Assembly: GCF_006345805.1 (NCBI RefSeq)
Contig: NC_043013.1
Location: forward strand, 46,562,001 to 46,626,000
DNA length: 64,000 nt
Origin: Octopus sinensis
Taxonomy: Eukaryota
Direction of reading: 5' to 3'
Shown: positions 24,669 through 37,331 of the stretch, in pieces
How the letters are laid out: every line of letters starts with the position of its first letter
How positions within the stretch are numbered: the first letter of the stretch is position 1
Notes under the pieces: generated by a model
Databases searched by the model: none
Told to the model about the DNA's origin: nothing
What the model saw: the letters and a program-made list of their open reading frames with translations, nothing else
Position numbers and translations under genes: made by a program

Positions 24669-27255
24669 CAGGGACATGTCGTCTAGGTAGGCAAGGTAGG
24701 CAGTGCTTATCTTGAATAAAATAGATCGATAGCAACAGTTTCCTTTTATGGCAAAATATGTGCCTAATTCAATAAAATTATGAAGATTACTCTGATTACT
24801 ATACATAAAATACAAAATATTTTATTTATTTTGTTTGTAGATTAGGCAGGCATTATTCTCCCCTGCCTTTCAATCTCAGTATTTAAGCTACGCTTGGTAC
24901 TACTGTAGTATACATGCCGTGTACACTCCTACAACACCGTTTTCTATAGTGTTATGAAGGCGGAAGTAAATCTGCCTCCATCTCAGTGACGCGACTGTTT
25001 CGCTTATTCTTTGTGTGTTTTACTTTCAGTTTTAGCTCATTTCCATTTGTTTTCATTTCCGCCCCTTTCCAGGAATGGATAGTGACTATCTTAAGACATT
25101 TTCAAAACTATCTTATGAAGAAAAGAGACAAACTGTAAAAAATGGTAGACCAACACCAGAACAACAGAAAGGGACAAAAATTATTAGAACATTTCAAACT
25201 TCTTGGTAAAGCAAGAAAGAGTGGTTGTGCGGCTATACTACAACAAAAGGGCTCTTTTGTTTCCCATGTTTGCTATTTTCTGTATCTAGTGAAAGTGTGT
25301 AGGAAAAGAAGGATATTGTGATGTAAATAATTTGCTCAATGCTTTAAGTAAACACAAACGATCAGCAAAATATTGAAAATATTTGGATCTACACGAATCG
25401 ACTTGCTTTTAGACAAATCGAAGTCTGTTAGCATTTGAAGTTCACAGTAAAAAGGTTAAAGAGAAGAGAGATGTATTTAAAAAAGAAAATTGATTTCTGC
25501 TACTTGTTTCTTGATTAAACAGGAACTTGCTTTTCGCGGAGATAATGAACAGAAATCATCGTTATATCGCAGTAACTATGTTGAGTTACTGAACTATACA
25601 GCAAAATTTGATGACCAATCGGCACAACATTTACAGAATTCATCAGTTTTATCTGGCCTTTCTAAGATACAAAATGATTTGATAGAAACAGTATGCACGA
25701 TCGTAGATAATAATATTAAAGAAGAAGTCACACAAGCCTCGTTTTTTTTTTATCATAGAAGCGGATGAAACGACAGATATTTCATGTACAGCCCTGATCT
25801 ATAGTATTGAGGCACGCGTTGGACTCTGATATCAAAGAAGCCTTTATAGGATCTGACATTCTTAAGGACAGAACTTTGGCGGTGTAACAGAGTGTATATT
25901 TAATAATTTGGATCAATACGACTGTTTTGAGAAACTTGTAACGTAGATGTACAATGGGGCATTAGTGATGGCAGCCAATTTAAGTGGCGTTCAAGTTAAA
26001 GTATGAGAAAAGGCATCAGCGACTTTATTTACTCACTGCTATGCTCACAAGTTAAATCATGTTCTTAGTCAGCAAAATTCATACCTGAATACACAAGCTT
26101 TTTTGAGAACAGTGGGGCACTTACCTAATTTTTTCCATCACACTACAAAACGAACTCAACTTGAGACAGTGAGGAAACACATTCCAAAGGCAGAACCAAC
26201 GAGATGGAGGTCGAATTCAAAACTAATCTAGACTATTTTACAAAACTATTGTGACCTTTGCAAACTCTTCAACAGTATGAACAATAAATCCTATTTTGTG
26301 GGATCCAGATACTTTAGTGAGAAACAATGGGTTTTATGAGTGGCTAACAAAAGACTCAACATACGTTTTTCCGACGGTTTATAATGAAATTTTCATTAAA
26401 ACTGACCCTTTTTTATAATGTCTTACAAACCAAAACGATAGATATTTCACACTGCATTGAAAGAATCAAAGGACAATTAAAATTTTCGAGGATTTGTATG
26501 TAAAGTTTGAAGAATGTTGCAGAGAAAATAACTTAACGAAAGATTCAGTTAAAGAAGAAAGAATGGAGATATTTGGTGAAATTTTGGATGACATACTGAA
26601 GAACATGAAAACAAGATTTTCTGATTCCCAAAACTTAAAGTTTATTTCATTAGTTCCTTAAAATAAATTTCAAGATCTTGCTTGCCAAGTTGGTAAGGAT
26701 GCATTTGAAAGTTTAGAAAAGAACTGTGGAAACTTTTTCGACATCGTAAGACTGAAAGCGGATTGAGCTGGAATTTACAATGCTTAAGTGTTTCGAGATA
26801 AACTTGTTAGAACTTTGCTTGAATTTATATTTGAAAATAAACTGACCCAAACGTTCCTCGAAGCTGTGAAGTTGGTGCAATTAATCTTGACAGTTCCTGC
26901 TGCAATTGTTTCTGTGGAGGGGTCATTTTCTGCTTTGAAAAGAATTAAGACATACACTAGGAACAGAATGACAAATCAAAGACTTTCTTTACTTGCTTTA
27001 ATACCCATTGGAAAAGAAAGCCTTAACAAAATGAAGCAAGACCCTACTTTTAATTCCTATGAAAAAGTGACTGATATTTATGCTACCAAGAAAGAGGGAA
27101 GAATGGATTCCATGTACAAATAGGCTAATATAATAAGGAAGTAAACATTTTAGATATTTTTATCCTTTTATGCACTCACAAATCTTTTGATGATAGTTTA
27201 TTACATAAAGGTCACCAACTGCCTACCCTGAGTAATTACAGACGGCACGTGCCTG
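24669..27255 (+). mobile_element. Full-length, dead hAT transposon (Tip100/ZMYM1-like)
   Basis: 16-bp TIRs CAGGGACATGTCGTCT / AGACGGCACGTGCCTG (13/16 match); perfect 8-bp TSD GTTTTTAG at 24661-24668 and 27256-27263. Confidence 0.93.
25075..27123 (+). pseudogene. hAT transposase pseudogene (TTF zinc finger, DUF4371, dimerisation domain)
   Basis: RTFQTSW*..EWLCG..LFCFPCLLF, QELAFRGDNE, IQNDLI, ADETTDIS, THCYAHKLN, PTRW, LILTVPA..EGSFSALKRIKTYTRNRM; multiple stops and frameshifts. Confidence 0.92.
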
Positions 27256-27454
27256 GTTTTTAGTGACGGGATGGGAGCAACGTGCGATGACTAGGAGTGA
27301 TCAAACTCATAACTCGCAGCCGGCCCGACATATCAAACTTACTGCCTGACGATGGACAAACCCAATTCCATAACCACTAGGCCACGCATTTTTACTTAAT
27401 ATGTAAAGTATTGTAACTACTATTATACTGCTACTACTACTACTTCTAATAATA

Positions 27455-27858
27455 ATAATCCTTTCTACTGTAGGCACAAGGCCTAAAATATTTGAGAAAG
27501 TGCTAGTCGATTACATCGACCCGGAAAGGATGAAAGGTTAACGTTGACCACGGCGGAATTTGAACTTAGAACGTAAGGACGGACGAAATGTCGCTAAGCA
27601 TTTTACCCGGCGTGCTATCGATTCTGCCAGCTCGCCGCCTTTATAATAGTTTCAAATTTTGGCACAAAGCCAGCAATTTCGGGTAGGAGATAAGTCGATT
27701 ACAACGACCCTAGTGTTCTGCTGGTATTTATTTTATCGATCCTGAAAGGCTGAATGACAAAGTCGACCTCGGTGGAATTTGAACTTAGACAATAACGACG
27801 GACGAAATGCCGGTTAGCATTTTGCTCGCTGCGGTAACGATTCTGCCAGCTCGCCACC
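27455..27858 (-). mobile_element. Two adjacent SINE B copies with the GGCACAA-type tail
   Basis: Two heads ending at about 27640 and about 27858 (CTGCCAGCTCGCC). Confidence 0.88.
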
Positions 27859-27889
27859 CTCTGCCGCCCTAATGATAATAATGACAATC

Positions 27890-28960
27890 CAATGATGAAT
27901 ACAATTCTCTTTTTGTCTCCACTAGAATTTCTAAATAATTTTATAGTAAAAGGTTTGCTACCCTACAAGCCCTTCTTAAAAATTGGATACATCGCCATAG
28001 TTTTGCGGAATCTAAGTGTACAAAATGGTATAATCACTGTTACATTCTTACCGTGGGTCAACAATATACGTCGTAATGATTGGCCAAAAGTAAGGCGGCG
28101 AGCTGGCAGACACGTTAGCGCGCCGGGTGAACTGCCTAGCGGTATTTCGTCTGCCGCTACGTTCTGAGTTCAAATTCCGCCGAGGTTGACTTTGCCTTTC
28201 GTCCTTTCGGGTTCGATTAAATAAGTACCAGTTATACACTGAGGTCGATATAATCGACTTAATCCGTTTGTCTGTCCTTGTTTGTCCTCTCTGTGTGTAG
28301 CCCCTTGTGGGCAGTAAAGAAATAGGTAGTTCGTCTGCTGCTACGTTCTGAGTTCAAATTCCGCCGAGGTCGATTTTGCCTTTCATCCTTTCGGGGTCGA
28401 TAAATTAAGTACCAGTTACGCACTCGGGTCGATGTAATCAACTTAATCCCTTTGTCTGTCCTTGTTTGTCCCCTCTATGTTTAGCCCCTTGTGGGCAATA
28501 AAGAAATAAGAAACGTTAGCACACACCAGACGAAATGCTGAGCAGCATTTCTTCCGTCTTTACGTTCTGAGTTCAAATTCTCCCAAGGCCGACTGTGTCT
28601 TCCATCCTTTGGGGGTCAGTGACATAAGTACCAGTTGAACAACGGGGTCGATGTAACGACTTACCCCTCTCCCGAATTTCCTGGCCTTGTGCCAAAATTT
28701 GAAACCGATGTTCTCAAAAAACGATCGTTATTATAGACTGCCAGTGTCTTCACAATTAAGTTGATACCAAGTAATGAGTCATTCTCATTTTCATTCTATC
28801 GTCGTCAACTTTAAGTATGACATCTTTGCAATGGCTGTCAACAAGCTAAAGACTCCATAAATGGTTAAATTGTTAGATTTCAAGCCCGAATTATTTACTC
28901 ATGAGCAACTCCGTGTGTTGCACTATCAGGGGGAAGCGTTAGATCACATGATATTGCAAT
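27890..28960 (+). pseudogene. Helitron PIF1-type helicase relic split by a SINE trimer
   Basis: PLEFLNN..GLLPYK..LKIGYIAIVLRNLSVQNG (cf. PxEFLNSL..G.PPH.L.LK.G..VMLLRNL...GLCNG); after the SINEs, IKLIPS..F.RRQ, FAMAVNK and FTHEQLRV. Confidence 0.78.
28092..28706 (+). mobile_element. SINE B head-to-tail trimer
   Basis: Three CGTTCTGAGTTCAAATTC blocks; two units end GTGGG..AAAGAAAT and the last ends GTGCCAAAATTTGAAACC. Confidence 0.92.
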
Positions 28961-29759
28961 GCTAAATAAAATCAAAATTGTATTTTCTTGAGTAATCTGC
29001 ACTACAATTTGAGATCATAGACGCATATTTCGCATATTTAGTGTGGTATAAGTACATTTTGGTGGCAAGAAGACTTTAGCATAAAAAAAGCAAAGAAAAA
29101 TAAAGACTTTTAAATATGTAATTTATTTTCAGCATATTTTCGATAATGAATTTGACATTTTTCCACAAAAATTAGTGTTTATTTCAATACTTTTTAAAAG
29201 ATTTCTTGCAAATAATCCGGATATCCAGCAACAGCAACAACAAAACTAAAAGCGAGAATCGGGAGTGGGCCCACCAGAATGTATAATTAATGTATATAAG
29301 GAAAAATATTATTATTTGCAAACGTGATAAGAGCAGCCTATTTGTTATTATGGATAAAGATGAGTATATTAAAAAAGTATATAATTTCCTTTCCGATAAC
29401 AGGAAATTCATCAAAATTTGGAAAGATAATACTGCAAAACTAAAATTCAAACTAATTAAATTAATTGCTGTTGCTAACGCTCAAATAATGTGCGTTCCAT
29501 TTACAGCTCATCAGAAAGTTTGTCCCTGCCTGCTTCTTCGATGTTTTTAAAATGTACAAATAAAATGGCCCTCCTCGGTCCGTAATCTTCCAAAGCAACA
29601 CACTGAAACTTAGAATCGCTTAACAGTCTCGTAAAGAAATATATACAAGAGAAATGTGGCATAGAATCATTGGATATGTTCATAGAAATTCTACGGGAAA
29701 CCGATGAAGTTGCAAAACAACTACAGCACGAATAACGAAGGACTTTTTACTAATGCAGC

Positions 29760-30187
29760 GGATGTTTTCGGTTTGAACGGCAGTTTTTTCTAGCGGTGTG
29801 ATATGAAATTGTCACCCATAATTTTGACCCTAGTATCGATCTATTGCATTTCAATTTGTTTTAGGGTTAGGGTTAGGGTTAGGGGTGGGGGGAAGGGTAT
29901 CTTTTTTTTCTTCACAAATGTAAATAAACCCAATCTGTTTCTTAAACGAGGGACATATTCATACGGCACAGAATGTTTTTTTTTTACCTCAATAGAAGTC
30001 ATTGATTGGCTGAAATTGCAGAAATTGAAGAAAAAAAACAACAAATATCTTACAAACTATAGAATTTTCTCAATAAAACCAAGAGAAAAAGATGTTTTAT
30101 AAACACATTCTACCAGTATACGAAGTTTAAAATTTTTTAGTTACCCAGAAATTATGTTAAAAACTGCCGTTCAAACCGAAAAAATCC
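29760..30187. mobile_element. TTAGGG-bearing MITE (Merlin-like: GG termini, 8-bp TSD)
   Basis: TIRs as at 23570; perfect 8-bp TSD AATGCAGC at 29752-29759 and 30188-30195; (TTAGGG)4 near 29861-29884. Confidence 0.93.
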
Positions 30188-30527
30188 AATGCAGCGGTAA
30201 ATAAGAAATGTAAACAAGCTCAAATAACGTGTACACATACCATACAATAAAGACCATTACACTAAGTTTCTGTTGCCTTGTACAACTAAGGTTTACATCC
30301 GTTGCCCACAAAGCAAGCTATACACTCAGCTGGAGTGGGGAGCCGTTGTGTTCTCTGCTAGGGCTCGCAACCACGGAGTCCTCCTCGTGGATAACATAGA
30401 AAACGAAGTTACTTGCAATTTTAAGCACACAACATGCTATTGATGTGCTATGCCCTGTTCCTTGAGACTGCTACAAACGAAAGAGGTGACAAATTAACAA
30501 TATGACTCATAAAAGTAGTTCACCATT

Positions 30528-30911
30528 GGAAGCACTCCGTCGGTTACGACGACGAGGGTTTCGGTTGATCCGAATCAACGGAGCAGCCTGCTCGTGAAAT
30601 TAACGTGTAAGTGGCTGAGCATTCCACAGTCACGTGCACCCTTAACGTAGTTCTCGGGGATATTCAGCGTGACACAGAGAGTGACAAGGCCGGCCCTTTG
30701 AAATACAGGTACAACAGAAACAGGAAGTAAGAGTGAGAGAAAGTTGTGGTGAAAGAGTACAGCAGGGATCACCACCATCCCCTGCCGGAGCCTCGTGGAG
30801 CTTTAGGTGTTTTCGCTCAATAAACACTCACAACGCCCGGTCTGGGAATCGAAACCGCGATCCTATGACCGCGAGTCCGCTGCCCTAACCACTGGGCCAT
30901 TGCGCCTCCAC
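30528..30911 (-). mobile_element. tRNA-derived SINE, head C plus tail 2
   Basis: A box TGGCCCAGTGG, B box GGTTTCGATTCCC; 11-bp TSD AGTTCACCATT at 30517-30527 and 30912-30922. Confidence 0.94.
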
Positions 30912-31084
30912 AGTTCACCATTCCGTATACAATCTAACATATCTCTCCCATAAATCCAGACTACAACTCATGCTTAGATATAAATGTAGTAATAAAGTAA
31001 CAGTACATATAGCGTTTCAGTACACACACACAGTAAATGGCTTGTACATGCACAGTGGTAATGAGTGTTTCCATACATATAAAA

Positions 31085-32084
31085 TATTGATTTCAAATTT
31101 TGTAAATAGGGCCAGTAAAGTTCGCAGAGGGACGTAAGTTGATTACACCGACTCCCAATACTCAGCTGGTACTTAATTTAACGACTCCGAAGAAATGAAA
31201 AGCAAAGTCGACCTCGGTGGAATTTGAACTCAAAACGTAAAGACGGACGAAATGCCGGCAAGTATTTTGTCTGGTGTGCCAACGATTCTGCCATCTCGTC
31301 ACCTTCCATAGCTATAAAATGTCGGTTTCAAATTTTGATACAAGGCCAGCAATTTCGGGTGAGGGGAAAAGTCAATTACATCAACTCCAGTACCCAGCTG
31401 CTACTTATTTCATCCACTCCAAAAGAATGAAAGTCGACCACGGCGGAATTTGAACTCAGAACGTAAAAACAGACGAAATACCTATTTCTTTACTACCTAT
31501 AAGGGGCTAAACACAGAGAGGACAAACAAGGACAGACAAACGGATTAAGTCGATTACATCGACTCCAGTGCGTAACTGGTACTTAATTTACTGACCCCGA
31601 AAGGATGAAGGGCAAAGTCGACCTCGGTGGAATTTGAACTCAGAACGTAGCAGCGGACGAAATACCTATTTCTTTACTACCCACAAGGGGCTAAACACAG
31701 AGAGGACAAACGAGGACAGACAAATGGATTAAGTCGATTACATCGACCCCAGTGCGTAACTGGTACTTATTTAATCGACCCTGAAAGGATGAAAGGCAAA
31801 GTCGACCTCGGTGGAACTTGAACTCAGAACGTAACGGCAGACGAAATACCTATTTCTTTACTGCCCACAAGGGGCTAAACACAGAGAGGACAAACAAGGA
31901 CAGACAAACGGATTAAGTCGATTATATCGACCCCAGTGCGTAACTGGTACTTAATTTATCGACCCTGAAAGGATGAAAGGCAAAGTCGACCTCGGCGGAA
32001 TTTGAACTCAGAACGTAACGGCAGATGAAATACCGCTAAGCACTCCGTCCGGCGTGGCTAACGGTTCTGTCAGCTCATTACCTT
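31085..32084 (-). mobile_element. SINE B cluster including a 184-bp-period tandem
   Basis: Junction GAAATACCTATTTCTTTAC repeats with CCTATT at 31481, 31665 and 31849. Confidence 0.94.
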
Positions 32085-32499
32085 CAACAGATACAGAATA
32101 TGAGCAGTGAAATCAATTCGTACACGAGCTTTATTTGTCCATTAAAATCGCATTAAATAAAATAATCCTACGTGTAAAGATTAATAAAAGAAAACTACGC
32201 AGAAAATTAGAACAAATTCACTGCCTCTGTAATATCAGTTGCAGCGCCCTGCAAAACTGCGTAAACCATAACTTTCATATATTACAAGGACGAAAAAATA
32301 CACTTTGGCTACAGGAGTGAACATGAGATCATAAAAGAAAACATAACACGTACCTTAACTAACTACAAAAACTCGACAAGTGGAAACCATCTCCCACCAC
32401 GAAGCCACAAAAACAATCAAATCACAAAATGTATTCAGACAATCAATAAAAACACAAAAATTCATTGGACACATAAAACTGTGAACTACATTGTATTAC

Positions 32500-32804
32500 G
32501 TGTAGGCACATGGCTTAGTGGTTAGAGCAGCGGACTCGCGGTCGAGGGATCGCAGGTTCGAATCTCAGACCGGGTGGTGTGTGTGTTTGTGAGCGAAACA
32601 TCTAATCTCCACGCGGCTCCGGCAGAAGGTAATGGCGAACTTCTGCTGACTCTTTCGCCACAACTTTCTCTCACGCTTTCTTCCTGCATCTTGCAGCTCA
32701 CCTGCAACGGACCGGCGTCCCGTCCAGGTGGGGAACTTATACGCCAAGGAAATCGGGAAACCTGTCCTATGAGCCCGGCGTGGCTCGAGAAGGAACAAAC
32801 AACA
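32500..32804 (+). mobile_element. tRNA-derived SINE, head C plus V-like tail
   Basis: TGGCTTAGTGG, GGTTCGAATCT, CCTGCAACGGACCGGCGTCCCGTCCAGG; (CAA)n end; 12-bp TSD ACATTGTATTAC at 32488-32499 and 32805-32816. Confidence 0.94.
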
Positions 32805-34242
32805 ACATTGTATTACACGTTGTGTTTTCTATGCTTATACACACACACAAACACACACATACATCAGTTGAACTATGTCAAACATATTTTAACTAACCTA
32901 AACTTTTCTTATACCTAAACACTGCTTGGCGCTATTATTTTGGTAACACACACACACATATTTTTATATATATTTGCATACATCCAGCAAACTTATACTA
33001 ATATGCGTTCCGGCCGTGACTTGTTTTTGTAGCGCATTTCATATATGGGACTACATTATGCAGTTTCTTCTTTTCCTAAGATCGGATTTACAGGAAATAT
33101 GGCTGCTATATTTGCTTGGTCAAGTCAAAACGTCTCTCCGTCTTACAGTGGTTGATATTCTGTCTCAATAGTTTGTGACTAATAACTATAACAATACTTT
33201 ATGAATAAACGCTACGCATCTATTGATTCGACAGAATTTGACAAGAAGCTATTTCTCTTTCTGTGAGTCATCTATTACAAATACTTTTACAAAGTCTTTT
33301 CCACTGATTTTTTTTTCCTGTTTTCTCTCACTTAAATTAACCGGAGAAGGATGGAGGGACGATGGCTATGAGTCTTCTCGGAGTCGCATGATTAGAGAGA
33401 TGAAGGAATTTATCCTCGGACTGAAAACCTGACCCGAGTACAAGAAACGTATATTCAGTAAATGGTGGTGATTTTCAACCAAGTTACCCAAGAATGAGAA
33501 CGATTCTTCTAACAGGCTTCAAAGCAGTTTCCGTCTTCCAATTTTCATTTATATAACTTTTTTTTTTCAAATCGAAGCTATAAAAATCATCTAGCTAACA
33601 TGTTTCACAGGGGAATTGAACCCGAAACACTATTCTTAAATAACCAACCAAATATGTGGCCAAAGACCGAAGTCTTTGAATAAGAAAGTAAGCGGCCTAC
33701 ACAGTTTCAACAGGTTCAACAGTTCGGGACTCGTTATGAACATTTCTGGAATTTTGTATCCTTCGAAACCTTACAGAAAATAGAAAGTAAAATCCACTCA
33801 AATATACAGCCTTATTTAGAGAATAAGGAGGTGCTGTCTTTCCATTTTCTGCTTTACACCCCAAACCCTTCCCTTCTACGTACTGAGTTTTGTAAAGTTG
33901 AGGGACGACCAATTCAAGAGATTATTCAAAGAGGCAACATAAGTTTGTTATTTTGGCCTCGGGTTCATATATCACCGTGAATTCATTATTTCTAGGTTCA
34001 TATCATTAGAAACCCAACACAGAGTTGAACATAGACATTGAACTTTTGCAGGAATTAAAAAGAGACAAAATTCCTGCAAAAGTTCAATTTGACAACTCCA
34101 CTAGAATGGACGAAAGCGCTATAATATGATATATGATTTATAAAAACATGTAATATACTAATAAATATCTGTAAATATAAAACCATCCAGATTTCTGAGT
34201 ACCTCATTTCTTCTAATATATATATATTAACCCCACCATTTA

Positions 34243-34281
<39 letters not shown>

Positions 34282-34361
34282 AATTGCAGCGTGGAAGGTG
34301 TTTGTAAGCCATTTAAGAATATCACAAAAACCGTTAGATTCACTTCAACATTTAAATTCAA

Positions 34362-34412
34362 TTTGTCAAAATATTTTCGTTGCTTTGAGACCGCGACCTG
34401 TTCACTGACAAA
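34362..34412 (-). ncRNA. Hammerhead-architecture motif with non-canonical core
   Basis: UUUGUCA-GUGAACAG-GUCGC(9 nt)GCAAC-GAAA-AUAU-UU-UGACAAA; 7-bp stem I and palindromic stem III. Confidence 0.45.
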
Positions 34413-34584
34413 ATTCCGTGCTGCACCCTCCCACACATATATATACACATATATATTATATCATACCTTGATACTATGTGGACTAAGATCCCCGTTGAGA
34501 GGCCACTGGTATTTATAGTGTTAAACACTTAATGTATGCAAATTAAGAATTCCTTCATAGAGTAACTGCTGCATTTGTTGAGTA

Positions 34585-34790
34585 TATAAAGGGAAAGGCA
34601 AAGGAGCCGATACGATACAGCTTGGCATCAGTGACGTCGCAACTCATTTCTTCAGATGAGTGAACTGGAACAATGTGAAATAAAGTGTCTTGCCCAAGAA
34701 CACAACGCACAGCCCGGTCCGAGATTCGAACTCACAACCTCACGGTCGTAAACACGACGCTCTGACCACTGAGCCATGCGCCTTCACACA
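34585..34790 (-). mobile_element. tRNA-derived SINE, head D, truncated tail 1
   Basis: GGCGCATGGCTCAGTGG, GAGTTCGAATCT, TTCTTGGGCAAGACACTT. Confidence 0.85.
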
Positions 34791-34884
34791 AACACACACA
34801 CACACACACACACGCACGCACACATACACACACACACCATACACACGCACACATACAGACTCACACTCACACGCACGTATGTAC

Positions 34885-34947
<63 letters not shown>

Positions 34948-34958
34948 ATATATATATA

Positions 34959-34991
<33 letters not shown>

Positions 34992-34994
<3 letters not shown>

Positions 34995-35430
34995 TAATAC
35001 TAAGCAATTAAGGGTTTAGCAACGAATTGCCTCACCAACACACCGAATTTAGAAATAGCAGTCAAAGAGATATAGCTATTCCTTCTACTAAAAGGGAGAT
35101 CTCAGTAAAAACACACCACTTGAAAGGCAAACACAGACAGGTAAGAAAGAATGAAATGACGGCAATCTATCATACAATTTTAAGTTACCTACGGACGTAC
35201 GTTTCGAAATCAAGTTTTAGGAAAGCATAAGAATTAGAAAATTCTACCTTACCCAAACTTCTTTTCTCATCGGCGTAGGATACTACAATTATGAATAATA
35301 GTATATTAAATTTTGAGATACTAGAAGGCATTATCTCAACTCAGTGTCAGAGCGAGCCAAAGCATTACCAGTACCACGAAATTCAAAGTGTGAATGAAAG
35401 TTTGTGTCACCAGTTTGTGGTCTTTGCCAC
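34992..35430 (-). mobile_element. Penelope pLTR-like element flanked by (TA)n
   Basis: Hammerhead fold at 35188-35279; first about 100 bp homologous to 56850-56950 and more weakly to 54232-54300. Confidence 0.7.
35188..35279 (-). ncRNA. Type I hammerhead motif with long stem II and a U4C core change
   Basis: CCUACG-CCGAUGA-GAAA..AAGUUU(...)AAACUU..UUUC-GAAA-CGUACG-UC-CGUAGG. Confidence 0.75.
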
Positions 35431-37257
35431 AGTATATATATATATATATACAAAATGAGACAAGAACGCAAAACATCCGGACAACTAGGTGATACAAAAA
35501 CATCCAGACAGACGATACAAAAAACACGGACGGGTCATTCGAAGCCTTTAATCTTCAATCAAGAACCGGATCATCCTCGCAATTTCGGCTGATTAATCTT
35601 GAGATTGCTCCAATCTGGCCAGCCCCAAGGAAAAACTAAGCTAAGAGCATTAGATTCCTTGGAAAAATGCATCGAATGTATACGAAACAAGGACGGAAAA
35701 ACGGACGATGTTACACGAATATAAATAGAAAAATAATACAAAAAACAACAACAACAACAATAATAATAATAACAGGACATAACAACAGGTATCTTTCGAC
35801 TGGAGACGAATTGAATTCAGCTGGCGTTTTGGGAATTAAGCTTTACGACAGAGGGAAGAATATCGTTATATATATATATATATATATATATAAATATATA
35901 TATATACGACGGGCCTCGTGGTTATAGTAGAAGACACTTGCCCAATGTGTCACGCAGTGACACTAAAATCGGAACTGTGTGTGTGTGTGGGGGGGGGGGG
36001 TTATCGTCATACACACACAGATGTCTCGGTACGTACTGCATTTAAAATTTCCAGCTCCCGCTACAACTATTTATCCAGGTAGTAATGTAACGAGAAAGAT
36101 ATATAACGTTCGCTGCTTTCACATGATGCCATTACTAGTACATCGAGTGTGAAATGTTTAATTTACTATGTGCTGTATACAATGTAAGGTCAGTATTGGG
36201 TGAGGTTTAAACCACCAGATTATTATGACACATCGTATGCCATATTATGGTTATAATTAGTCAGAGAAATGTTACAGGTTAATTATGTTACAGGTTAATG
36301 CGATTGGTGTGAGAATACCCAAAATAGTTCACTTGCCGCAAGATGACAAATAGTAAATCATTTGTCATATATTTTCCCATGCCACGTTTGTATTATATAT
36401 TTAGGTGAACTTCGAGTGGATTCAGTTTTAGGTGTGGGTGTTACTGAATTTCTCCCTCCTAATAAAATTATAGATAATCGAGTTAGTCGGGGACAGACTA
36501 CGAAATTAAAAAAAAAATATTCTATTTATTTTTCTTTGCTTTGCGTGAACTGGAGCAACGTAAAATAAAGTGCCTTGGTGTTGCAGATAGAACGGTCGGT
36601 GTCTTTCTCAACCGTGCCTCACTTTTGGTAATCAATGGGATTGCAATTGAGGGAATTAGGAAGCTCAAAAATTGGGGCTGGTAAAGTGATAGAAATTCTC
36701 TGACAAGCACTTCTGATACTTTCTGGTGGTGTGACAAGGTGCCAATTCCTGCTGTCAAACATGTGGCCTTCAGAAGCAACCCTCTCCAGCCAGGATTTGA
36801 CCACAATCTCCAGCTATGTAACCATCTGAATTGAGCCTTGGGCTCCGATCAAAAATGTGGGGCGGCATGACGTCATCTTCACCAGGGACACGCGCAAAGA
36901 CGTCACAGATTAGAGGAACGTGGTATTCATTATATGCAGGACATCACATAGATTGTATGCGCAGGCGTGGCTGTGTGGTAAGAAGCTTGCTAACCAACCA
37001 CATGAGTCCAGTATCTGACCTGCTGTGTGTCACCTTGGGCAAGTGTCTACTACTATAGCATCAGGTCAAACAAAGCCCTGTGAGTGGATTTGGTAGACAG
37101 AAACTGAATGAAGCATGTCGTATAAATATATATATATATTATTCATGTAGTTATACAATTAAGGGCTCCTAAATTAAGATGCCGAGTGCTGAGAACACAA
37201 AAAGGGGATGAATTTATCGAGAGTGAAAATCAAAAACGTTTACCGATAACTTTAACA

Positions 37258-37331
37258 ACTCGAACCGCGGTTTCTGCTTCTTTCTAGCAAAACACAGAGT
37301 ATGTTTGCTAAGGCTAGCTTCGTCAGCGAGT
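37258..37331 (-). ncRNA. Type I hammerhead ribozyme, copy 1
   Basis: ACUCG-CUGACGA-[aGCU..UAGCAAA..UUUGCUA..AGCa]-GAAA-CCGCGG-UU-CGAGU; full catalytic core and palindromic stem III; A-A mismatch at the base of stem II. Confidence 0.85.

Larger units (their letters stand above)
29150..32480 (+). pseudogene. Penelope-like element reverse transcriptase relic, interrupted by a MITE and SINEs
   Basis: IICKRDKSSLFVIMDKDEY..LSDNRKFIKI.KDNT..LK (cf. IxxADKxNxxVIMDxxDY), LNSLVKKYI..IES.D.FIEILR, LFTN, LLPCTT..RCPQSKLYTQ, LDINV, GLYMHSGNECFHTYK. Confidence 0.72.

Noticed and set aside
29861-29884. Telomere or chromosome fusion site
   Set aside because: The TTAGGG repeats are internal to a multicopy MITE.
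32500-32575. tRNA gene (also the heads at 19548, 30528, 4735 and 6047)
   Set aside because: A and B boxes are present, but there is no complete cloverleaf or terminator, and the sequence continues into a SINE body with TSDs.
33223-33475. Possible host exon (GWRDDGYESSRSRMIREMKEF)
   Set aside because: Short, ends in a stop, lacks clear splice sites and has no recognisable homology.
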